Part shown: piece after piece, positions 37,313 to 45,261 of the stretch
Position numbering within the stretch: position 1 is the stretch's first letter
How the letters are laid out: every line of letters starts with the position of its first letter
Assembly (NCBI GenBank): GCA_046706365.1
Contig: JBJKPN010000120.1
Coordinates: forward strand, 1,372-65,371
Direction of reading: 5' to 3'
Length of the DNA: 64,000 bases
Source of the DNA: Candidatus Kryptoniota bacterium
Lineage (GTDB): Bacteria > Bacteroidota > Ignavibacteria > Kryptoniales > JAKASW01
Position numbers and translations under genes: made by a program
Notes under the pieces: generated by a model
What the model was told of the DNA's origin: nothing
Database searches by the model: none
What the model saw: only the letters and a program-made list of their open reading frames with translations

Positions 37313-38913
37313 AACAGAAGATTTATCTCGTGATTCTATTATCAACCTTCCTCTTCACAACAGTCGCCGCGTCCTCCCGTACCAGAGAAACGAGGTCGAT
37401 GTACCTTCTAAAACGGGAAATCAGCTACCTGGTCGAGCATTCCAACTCGCCGGGCACCATAAAGGCCATAGAGGTTTATTCTCACAGGCACAACAGGATT
37501 CTGTATCATTCTTATTCGCACCTCCTTCTCCACCCCGCGAGCAATCTGAAAATTGTGACGACTTCCTTCGCACTGGAGAGCCTGGGAGCAGGCTACCAAT
37601 TCAAGACAAGATTCGAAGCATCGGGAATTCAGAAAGGTGACTCGCTGGAGGGCAACCTGGTTGCCATAGGTGGAGGAGACCCCATTCTCAGCTTCAACGA
37701 CCTCGACTCCGCAGCCGGGGCGGTCGCGAGAAGCGGAATAAGATATGTGAACGGAAATCTCGTGATCGATGTGGCGAGGTTCGATTCCCTCCAGTGGGGA
37801 AACGGATGGATGTGGGACGATGAACCTGCATCGTTCGCGATGTTCATAAGCCCGACCTGCCTGGACCACAACTCCGTTACTGTAAACATCTCTGTGGATC
37901 CGTCCACCAATAAACTCGCAGTGAGCACGGATCCGGCGACGTCCTTTGTGAAGATTTCATGCACGGCCGTCCCCGGCATGGCGGACAGTCTTTACGTGAA
38001 CAGGATAATGGTCGACGATACCAATACGATATATGTCGGCGGTACTTATACGCCGGATTTTCCTCAATCCACCTACGATTTCTCAGTCAGGCACCCTGCC
38101 CATTATTTCGGCACGGTGCTGCGCGAACTGCTCAGGAAACACGGCATCACAATTAATGGGAAACTTGTCGTGAGCAGAGAAGTGCCTGATCCGTTTGACT
38201 TGAGGAACCTGTTCACGTTCAAGCATTCAATCGACACCGTGATAACCTACACAAACAAGGTTTCGGACAACCTCGGTGCAGAATGTTTTCTGCGCGAGGT
38301 GCCTGCTGCCGACTATGGCGAAGTCGGGAGCGCAAAGAATGGCATCGACCTCGAGAAGGAGTATCTGCAGCAGTGCGGCATTGACACGACACAGTACTAC
38401 ATCGTCGACGGTTCGGGCGTCTCCCACTACAACCTTATCACCCCGAATGCGATAGTAGAAGTCTTGGTACATATGCTGGACCAACCCGTTTCAAAAATCT
38501 TCTTTCACAGCCTTCCGGTGGCTGGGTTCGATGGTACTCTTGCCGGCAGGATGACCGACGATTATGTCCGCGGCCTGGTACATGCGAAGACCGGTTCAAT
38601 CAGCGGCGTGAGCACTCTGTCAGGGTACGTGATAATTCCAGAGGACACGTTGGTCTTTTCGATGATGATGCAGAATTTCGTCGGCAGCGGGGACTCGATC
38701 CTCGCCCTGGAAGACAGGATATGTGCGCTTCTGACGCAATACAGAGACAATTCGTGGGTCTTCGAGCGGAATCTGAGGGCCCACGGTATCGGAACATTTG
38801 GAGTAGCCAGGCGGGAATACCCCCGAAGAGAACCGACTTACCGGCCCGTTCCAGGAGCGGCGGACAGAGCCGGGATTCCCGGTAAAACCCCAACGCGCAC
38901 TGAAAAGCGTTGA
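37309..38913 (+). CDS. dacB: D-alanyl-D-alanine carboxypeptidase/endopeptidase, PBP4 (peptidase S13) family
   Basis: Signal peptide; active-site motifs ASNLK (SxxK), SDN and KTGS. ATGA overlap with the activator gene. The last ~55 aa form an Arg/Pro-rich tail not typical of the family. Confidence 0.85.
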   Translation: MKQKIYLVILLSTFLFTTVAASSRTRETRSMYLLKREISYLVEHSNSPGTIKAIEVYSHRHNRILYHSYSHLLLHPASNLKIVTTSFALESLGAGYQFKTRFEASGIQKGDSLEGNLVAIGGGDPILSFNDLDSAAGAVARSGIRYVNGNLVIDVARFDSLQWGNGWMWDDEPASFAMFISPTCLDHNSVTVNISVDPSTNKLAVSTDPATSFVKISCTAVPGMADSLYVNRIMVDDTNTIYVGGTYTPDFPQSTYDFSVRHPAHYFGTVLRELLRKHGITINGKLVVSREVPDPFDLRNLFTFKHSIDTVITYTNKVSDNLGAECFLREVPAADYGEVGSAKNGIDLEKEYLQQCGIDTTQYYIVDGSGVSHYNLITPNAIVEVLVHMLDQPVSKIFFHSLPVAGFDGTLAGRMTDDYVRGLVHAKTGSISGVSTLSGYVIIPEDTLVFSMMMQNFVGSGDSILALEDRICALLTQYRDNSWVFERNLRAHGIGTFGVARREYPRREPTYRPVPGAADRAGIPGKTPTRTEKR

Positions 38914-38959
38914 GGTTTTCACTCTTCTTGATTAAATTGTGTAGCAAATTTGTACTGAC

Positions 38960-39034
38960 GCTGGCGTAGCTCAGTTTGGTTAGAGCGCCTGACTGTGGAT
39001 CAGGAGGTCGACGGTTCGAACCCGTCCGCCAGTA
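38960..39034 (+). tRNA. tRNA-His (anticodon GTG)
   Basis: Manual cloverleaf. Acceptor GCTGGCG/CGCCAGT; D arm GCTC-AGTTTGGTTA-GAGC. Anticodon arm CCTGA-CTGTGGA-TCAGG; variable AGGTC. T arm GACGG-TTCGAAC-CCGTC; discriminator A. CCA is not encoded. The base at -1 is C. Confidence 0.9.
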
Positions 39035-39114
39035 CGGATTTAGAAGCTCTCTTAAGCCTGAAAATTCCCATCCCGACGTGTTTCGCCTGCGTACTCTCTT
39101 CGCTATATTCCATT

Positions 39115-40041
39115 ATGAAACTGCCAGCAATATCCTCTTACCCGGCCACGCGAAAATTCAAAAATCACCTCCACATCGGCACATGCAGCTGGAATTATCC
39201 GGAATGGCAGGAAATCGGTATTTACTCGGCCAAACAGTCGAGACACTATGATTACCTTCCCGAATATGCCGAGCACTTCAACTCCGCGGAGGTGGACCAA
39301 TGGTTCTGGAGCCTCGACTCCCCTGACTCGGTAAAGCTTCCCCGCATGGAAGATGTCGAGGCTTACGCAAAGCTCACTCCGGATGATTTCAAGTTCACTG
39401 TCAAAGCTCCTAATGCTATTACGCTGACACATTTCTACAAGCAGGCTCCCAAAGAATTTGCCGAGGAGGTAAACCCGCATTTCCTGAGTAAGAAAGTTAT
39501 GACTGCCTTTCTGAAGGCTCTCGAACCTTTAAAGGACAAAGTCGGCGTCATCATGTTCGAGTTCGAATACCTGAACAAAGAGAAGATGCCTTCTATTCAG
39601 GCTTACTTCGACCAGCTGGGACCTTTCCTGGATAGCTTGCCCGATGAGTACCAATATGCTATCGAGATACGGAACCCGAATTACCTTAGGGAAGAATACT
39701 TCGATTTCCTGAAGGACCATGACACCGGTCATGTTTTCGTGGACGGTTACTATATGCCCTCTGCTTTCAGTGTTTTCGAGAAGTTCGGCGACGCTTCCCT
39801 CCCGACAAATACAATTGTAGTGCGCCTGCTCGGCTTAGACAGGCAAGGCATAGAGAAGAAGACGAGAAAACATTGGACAGAGATCGTCGACCCGAGGGAT
39901 AAAACGATAGAGGAAATCTTGGGAGTCCTGAAAAAGCTCCTTCAGCAGAAATTCGACGTGTACGCGAATTTCAATAATCACCTGGAAGGAAGCGCGCCCA
40001 AGTCCGTGCAGAAACTGGTCGATATGTTAGTCAGCGGTTAG
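39115..40041 (+). CDS. DUF72 (YecE/UPF0759) family protein
   Basis: The start is set at ATG 39115, because the listed ORF 38995..40041 runs through the tRNA. HIGTCSWNYPEW, the NSAEVDQWFW-type segment and the TIM-barrel-like repeat pattern are typical of DUF72. Confidence 0.75.
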   Translation: MKLPAISSYPATRKFKNHLHIGTCSWNYPEWQEIGIYSAKQSRHYDYLPEYAEHFNSAEVDQWFWSLDSPDSVKLPRMEDVEAYAKLTPDDFKFTVKAPNAITLTHFYKQAPKEFAEEVNPHFLSKKVMTAFLKALEPLKDKVGVIMFEFEYLNKEKMPSIQAYFDQLGPFLDSLPDEYQYAIEIRNPNYLREEYFDFLKDHDTGHVFVDGYYMPSAFSVFEKFGDASLPTNTIVVRLLGLDRQGIEKKTRKHWTEIVDPRDKTIEEILGVLKKLLQQKFDVYANFNNHLEGSAPKSVQKLVDMLVSG

Positions 40042-40313
40042 AACATGGCCTTTCAAGTCGGGAAAAGGTCTGTGAAGCATCGGGTCAATCGGGCTCTAAC
40101 TGATAACGTTACAGCGGGTTAGGAGTCCGCAGCAAAGGCGTGAGCCATTGACGTCGCGCTTCCAAACCTCAGCATATTATCCTTGATTATATGCCAGGGG
40201 AATAGTACAATTGGTGTGCTTTAATTATAAGGGCTGTAAAAAATGTCAGGGACTTACGAACGGATGTTCTCCATAGGCCCTATCGTGTCACTAATTCCTG
40301 ATGGAGTCTTGTC

Positions 40314-40847
40314 GTGAGTGATAATCGAATTACGCTAACGAAACTATCCATAAAAACGATAGTAGTTCATACGGTAACCTACTTTGCTATGGGGTTGCCG
40401 GCTTTTCTGTTTCTTGACTATTCAAGCAAGTTTGCTCAACCCGGTCTTAGCGGATTCATGCGCCAGGCCGCCGATCCACTTGTTGCAGCCGGACCGCTGT
40501 TTCAACCCATCAGGGGGATGCTATTCGCTCTGGTTTTCTATCCCTTGCAGAACAGTTTCTTCGGTCGTAAGAACGGGTGGGCTCTGATGTGGCTCACGCT
40601 GATACTCCTCGGCGTGCTTTCCACATTCGGTCCGACCCCCGGATCCGTCGAAGGGCTGATATACACGACTATTCCCATCGCCACACAGCTGCTGTGTCTC
40701 CCCGAGGTGCTCCTCCAATCGCTCCTTCTGTCGGTCATTCTCTGTTACTGGGTGAACCATGATGAAAACAAGCGACTTGCATGGGTGATGATAATAGCAT
40801 TAGGCCTCGTCGTTATGTTTTCGGTCCTCGGGATTTACGCACGCTGA
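40314..40847 (+). CDS. Hypothetical integral membrane protein
   Basis: 177 aa, GTG start, 4-5 hydrophobic helices. I recognise no motif. Confidence 0.5.
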   Translation: MSDNRITLTKLSIKTIVVHTVTYFAMGLPAFLFLDYSSKFAQPGLSGFMRQAADPLVAAGPLFQPIRGMLFALVFYPLQNSFFGRKNGWALMWLTLILLGVLSTFGPTPGSVEGLIYTTIPIATQLLCLPEVLLQSLLLSVILCYWVNHDENKRLAWVMIIALGLVVMFSVLGIYAR

Positions 40848-40884
40848 ACTGCTCCGGACCGGGCCCCGGTAATGTATCGGCCGC

Positions 40885-41688
40885 TTAACGAGCGATGTGA
40901 ATCCACGGCCGTCTGCTTCTCCATTCCAGAGAAACCCGCCTTTGAAAGAAATCCCCAAGGTTGGCTCGGGTCAGCACACTTTCCGTCTTTCCCGCGGAAT
41001 GAATCCTTCCCTGCCGCAGAAGCAACGTGCGATTGAATATTGGAAGAATTTCTTCGACATGATGGGTGACATAGAGAAGAGTGGGAGAATCTTTCCGTGC
41101 ACTCACTTCCCCGATCAAGGACAGAAGGCCTTCCCTGGCGATCAAGTCAAGCCCCGTGCACGGCTCGTCGAGGATGAGAATCCGCGGAGAGCTTATCAGC
41201 GCCCTCGCGATAAGTACCTTTTGCTTCTCGCCCTGCGATAATGTGGAATAAGTTCGCCCGGCAAGGTTGGCACAACCGAACTGTTCCAGAAGCTGCGCCG
41301 CGCGTTTTCGCACCTTACTCCCCGGTTTTTCGTACAGTCCGATGCTTGCAAACTGTCCGCTCAGGATTATATCGGTCACGCTCTCGTTCGTGATCAGCCT
41401 TTCGAGGAGTGACGAGCTCACCCATCCTATGGACTTCCTCAACTCACGCAGGTCGTACCCCCCGAACATCTTTCCGAGGACCTTCACTTCCCCGGCGGAC
41501 GGGTAAATGTAACCGGTAACGATATTCAGCAGAGTTGTCTTTCCGGAGCCGTTGAGCCCGAGCACGGCCCAGTGCTCACCGCGTTTCACTTCCCAGTCGA
41601 TGTCGGAGAGTATGCATGATTTCTCGCGCCACCAGCAAACACCCTTCATCCGTACTACTGTATCTCGCATTTTGGTCTCTTTCTTCAC
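40885..41688 (-). CDS. ABC-type ATPase (stand-alone nucleotide-binding protein, no cognate permease adjacent)
   Basis: Walker A GLNGSGKTT, signature LSQGEKQKV, Walker B ILILDEP, H-loop VTHH. The start may be ATG 41670. Confidence 0.85.
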   Translation of the reverse strand: MKKETKMRDTVVRMKGVCWWREKSCILSDIDWEVKRGEHWAVLGLNGSGKTTLLNIVTGYIYPSAGEVKVLGKMFGGYDLRELRKSIGWVSSSLLERLITNESVTDIILSGQFASIGLYEKPGSKVRKRAAQLLEQFGCANLAGRTYSTLSQGEKQKVLIARALISSPRILILDEPCTGLDLIAREGLLSLIGEVSARKDSPTLLYVTHHVEEILPIFNRTLLLRQGRIHSAGKTESVLTRANLGDFFQRRVSLEWRSRRPWIHIAR

Positions 41689-41782
41689 GAAGTTTCGTGT
41701 CGGTTAAAATAATTCAACCGGGCTTCGGAAATCAAGTGGTGCCGACTGTAAGATGTCAGGCCTCTGCGAATAGCGGGGCCCT

Positions 41783-42133
41783 TCAGACTTCCGCCGTCTT
41801 CGCCCGAACAATCCTGCACATCATTTCTACCAGGTTCTCTCTAAATCTCTCTATGCGTGCAATCGGTACCCCGGCTTCGGTGAGAAGTTTCATTTCAGCC
41901 GATTCGGCCTTCGCCCTCAAAAGCACCGGGAAATCGTCATGCGACAGTTTCCCGGTCGAGAGTTCCTGAAGCCACAGGTCCATGTCGTCCCTGATGGTTT
42001 CGAGGAAATTTTTCACATCATATTTCGCTTCTATCAGCGCGCCTCCTATAGCGTTTCTGGCCAAATCCGTAACTCCTGCCAGTGTCGCCTCAAAGACCTC
42101 ATTGACATCAGGTTCGGGAGATTCTTTCGGCAT
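41783..42133 (-). CDS. Hypothetical protein (acidic, predicted helical)
   Basis: 116-aa ORF. GGAGGA lies 5-10 nt upstream of ATG 42133. I recognise no motif. Confidence 0.5.
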   Translation of the reverse strand: MPKESPEPDVNEVFEATLAGVTDLARNAIGGALIEAKYDVKNFLETIRDDMDLWLQELSTGKLSHDDFPVLLRAKAESAEMKLLTEAGVPIARIERFRENLVEMMCRIVRAKTAEV

Positions 42134-42472
42134 ATTTCCTCCATCTTCTTGTCACAAGGGAAATTGGGTGGTGCTTGGTAAGGAGTAGAATTGCAAGGTG
42201 TTGGTGGTGCGTGATCTCGCCGGAGAATATGACTTTTTCCGGTGCAGCCGTTCTCCATCGGCGAGGTGGGCATGGCCCGACGAGATAGCCTCGCCTGACA
42301 TTGAATTTTAAACTATTCCATGCACGCTTTCAAGTTGGCGCACGTGCCGGTGACCAACGAGCTCATGCGAGCGCGGACGAAACTGATCAGCCGGAAGGTC
42401 CATTTCGGTCATTGCCTCCAGGTGAGGCATTTCTATTGACTGCACACAACGGCAACGACCTCCCTCCCGTTT

Positions 42473-43783
42473 TCAAGCCTGGATTACCTGTTTATCCTTC
42501 CTGGATATATAGGCGTTGTATAGAATCATCAGTAGTGTTGCGACTATCCCTATTGCGGTAAGAGAAAGCCAGATTCCGGTCGGCTGACCGATAACCTTCA
42601 CTACGTTGCCGGTACGAATCAGTATCGACTGCGTCATTGTGGAATAGAGCCAGCCGCCGAACGTGCCTCCAACAAACCATGCTATTGCAATCGGAAGGAA
42701 AGCGTATCCCTGGAAAAGTGCCTCCTGACCTTTAGGAGCATGATCGGCGATGTATTCATAATAGCGCGGAGCCTGGGTCATTTCGCCGATAGACCAAACG
42801 ACCATGGCGGCGATAATAGTCCAGATGTTCGGCTGGACGGCAATAACAAGCCAGCTCAACGTAGAGACTGCAAATCCTATGACGATAGCTGTCACCGGCG
42901 GCATCTTCCTGGTCATTCGGTTGACTATGACCTGCAGGAAGATTATCGCCCAGGCATCGATCGACTCTATGATCTCGAACGGAGCACTCTTGGAAATGAA
43001 ATCGGTCAGGTAGAACGGGATGATGACGAACACCTGCCAGAACATTATCCAATAGAGCGAGAAGATCAGCAGGAATGCCATAAAGCGCCCGTTGCTCATG
43101 ACATGTATCATGTCCTTCAGCTTCTGGCCAAGAGAAGGCTGCTCGAATTCGAGCGCCGCTTCAGGCTCCTTGTAGAAGATGAGTGTGCCGAGAAACATGA
43201 GGGCACAAGTGACGGCCGAGACGATGTAGACGGAATCTATGCCGATCTTGTCTCTGAAAATATACGCAATTACCGGCCCGGTCGCCCCGCCGACGTTGAC
43301 GAGTGTGTAGTAGATGGCATATCCGAGCGACCTGGTCTCCGGCCTCGAAGAGACCGCTATGGTTCCGAGAACCGAGGGTTTGATAAACGATTCTCCTACG
43401 GCGGTGAATATCAGGACGAAGACGAGCACCCAGAAGAGAGGAAACATATGAGAGAAGGGCGCGTACAGCGGCGAGCCGACCGCAAACACCGAGAAGTACC
43501 CGATCGCCATCACGAGGAATGCGAATGAAAAAGCCTTTCGGAAACCGTACTTGTCGGCAAACGTGCCTGCGAAGATCGGGAGGAGATAGACGAAGCCTCC
43601 GAAAATCGAGGAGAGAGTGCCTGCATCGACCTCGGAGAAGTGAAGATGATTTCTCAGGAATATACTCATGACCGCGGCCTGGGCGTAATAAGCCAGGCGT
43701 TCAAACAGCTCGAGTGAATTGGCAACCCAGAAGGACCGATGGAAGCCCGCAAAGAATCTCTTGATGCGTGAGTCGCTGCTCAT
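42473..43783 (-). CDS. Proton-dependent oligopeptide transporter (POT/PTR family MFS)
   Basis: 436 aa with the ExxERxxYY motif (LELFERLAYYA), FGGFVYLLPIFAGTFADKYGFRK, and about 12 TM segments. Confidence 0.85.
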   Translation of the reverse strand: MSSDSRIKRFFAGFHRSFWVANSLELFERLAYYAQAAVMSIFLRNHLHFSEVDAGTLSSIFGGFVYLLPIFAGTFADKYGFRKAFSFAFLVMAIGYFSVFAVGSPLYAPFSHMFPLFWVLVFVLIFTAVGESFIKPSVLGTIAVSSRPETRSLGYAIYYTLVNVGGATGPVIAYIFRDKIGIDSVYIVSAVTCALMFLGTLIFYKEPEAALEFEQPSLGQKLKDMIHVMSNGRFMAFLLIFSLYWIMFWQVFVIIPFYLTDFISKSAPFEIIESIDAWAIIFLQVIVNRMTRKMPPVTAIVIGFAVSTLSWLVIAVQPNIWTIIAAMVVWSIGEMTQAPRYYEYIADHAPKGQEALFQGYAFLPIAIAWFVGGTFGGWLYSTMTQSILIRTGNVVKVIGQPTGIWLSLTAIGIVATLLMILYNAYISRKDKQVIQA

Positions 43784-44057
43784 AAACCTTCCCCTGCTTT
43801 TGTTTGTTAGTGCAATTATGAAATCTATCTCGACTCGTTCGGCAGAGGCATCTTAATCCGAGGCATGCCTCAATGCTATGACCTGCAGTTTTACGAAAGC
43901 AAATATAATGAAAAAGTCGATTCGCCTCCAAGAATATGTGGCCACTCTCAACTTTCCGGCAGGATTTCACCGGGATTCCATCAATTTCGAACTGAAAAAG
44001 AGGGACAAAACTGCTATTTTGTCTATTATTCACGAAAGGAGTCACACTTTAATATAG

Positions 44058-45260
44058 ATGCCACACGTCCCTTATCATCTCATCGGCGCTTTGCTTTTCA
44101 TCGTACCGTTGATCGCGCAGGTCGTCGTGTACAAAGTTGTTGCCAGGTTCTTCGCCGAACAGAACGCGAGCAGTGTTTTTCTGAAGCGGTACCTGCCCGC
44201 CTTGATTGTGCTGGTAAACATTCCGTTCCTGCTGGTACGCATTGATCCCGGGATGTTCATGTCCGGGCCGATGCGCCACCTCGTCCTGATACCGTATTAC
44301 GCCTACGAAACGCTCAGCGTCACGATCCTATTCTTCGCACTTCTCTCTCTCCTGTTGAAGTTGATCCTGAGGCCTCTCCACGCAAGAAAGAGGCAGCGGG
44401 CCGCACTTCAGAGCCATTGGATCCCGCCTGAATCCAGACGGCTGTTCATCAAGAAGGCCGCAATCGGAATCGGCGCATACACATTTCTCGGCGCGATGTA
44501 CAGCATTTATGATCGCGACGATTACAGGGTGGATTACGTCCCCCTCAGACTAAAGAGCTTACCGACCGAACTGGCCGGACTCAGGATTGCGATGATAAGC
44601 GATGTGCACTCCGGACTTTACATGACCGAAGAGGACATGAGCATGTACTGCGAGGCGGTGAACAACTTGAATCCGGATCTTATCTTCATCCCGGGAGATT
44701 TTGTCACTTTCGAGACGAAGGAAATCGTACCGTTCGTGAAATCCTTTGCCGGGCTCAAATCGAAGTTCGGCATCTACGCATGCCTGGGGAATCACGACTT
44801 CTTCGCCGATCCGGACATCATTACCGAGAAGCTGCGCGAGAATGGAATAAACGTATTGAGAAACCAGACGCAGGAACTTGATATTAACAACGGGAGGCTT
44901 ATACTTTCAGGAGTGGACGACGGGATGCACGCGAAGTTCAGGAAGGTCAGCTATGAAGCCAATTCTGTAGACACCGCGCGCATTCTGCTCTGTCATAAGC
45001 CGTATTATTTCGAAAGAGCTGTGGCGGGCGGTTTCGACGCGATGCTGAGCGGACACACACACGGCGGACAAATCGTGTTGGCCAATCTGCTAGGCTTGAA
45101 GCTGACACCGGCGGCACTGTTTTCCCCCTACGTTTCAGGCAGATATACGCGCGGAGACTCAACAATGTATGTGAGCCGCGGAGTTGGAACCGTCGGGCTT
45201 CCCGTACGCTTGAACTGTCCACCCGAGATAACTGTATTTACACTCGAAGAAAAGACCTGA
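44058..45260 (+). CDS. Membrane-anchored calcineurin-like metallophosphoesterase
   Basis: Four N-terminal TM helices. Phosphoesterase motifs in order: ISDVHSG, PGDFV, GNHD, GHTHGGQ. Confidence 0.85.
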   Translation: MPHVPYHLIGALLFIVPLIAQVVVYKVVARFFAEQNASSVFLKRYLPALIVLVNIPFLLVRIDPGMFMSGPMRHLVLIPYYAYETLSVTILFFALLSLLLKLILRPLHARKRQRAALQSHWIPPESRRLFIKKAAIGIGAYTFLGAMYSIYDRDDYRVDYVPLRLKSLPTELAGLRIAMISDVHSGLYMTEEDMSMYCEAVNNLNPDLIFIPGDFVTFETKEIVPFVKSFAGLKSKFGIYACLGNHDFFADPDIITEKLRENGINVLRNQTQELDINNGRLILSGVDDGMHAKFRKVSYEANSVDTARILLCHKPYYFERAVAGGFDAMLSGHTHGGQIVLANLLGLKLTPAALFSPYVSGRYTRGDSTMYVSRGVGTVGLPVRLNCPPEITVFTLEEKT

Positions 45261-45261
45261 T

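Noticed and set aside
38976-39114. ORF 38976..39251 and the N-terminal 40 codons of ORF 38995..40041
   Set aside because: They read straight through the tRNA-His gene. The DUF72 protein has a sensible ATG at 39115.
42308-42430. 40-codon minus-strand ORF (MPHLEAMTEMDLPADQFRPRSHELVGHRHVRQLESVHGIV) between the POT transporter and the 116-aa gene
   Set aside because: There is no ribosome-binding site at a usable distance (the GGAGG is about 30 nt away). The ORF is short and has no recognisable family. It is probably chance, or a remnant.
39035-42472. Genomic island integrated at tRNA-His
   Set aside because: I found no integrase or recombinase. I saw no direct repeat of the tRNA 3' end downstream and no obvious compositional break. 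The genes are mundane (DUF72, membrane protein, ABC ATPase).
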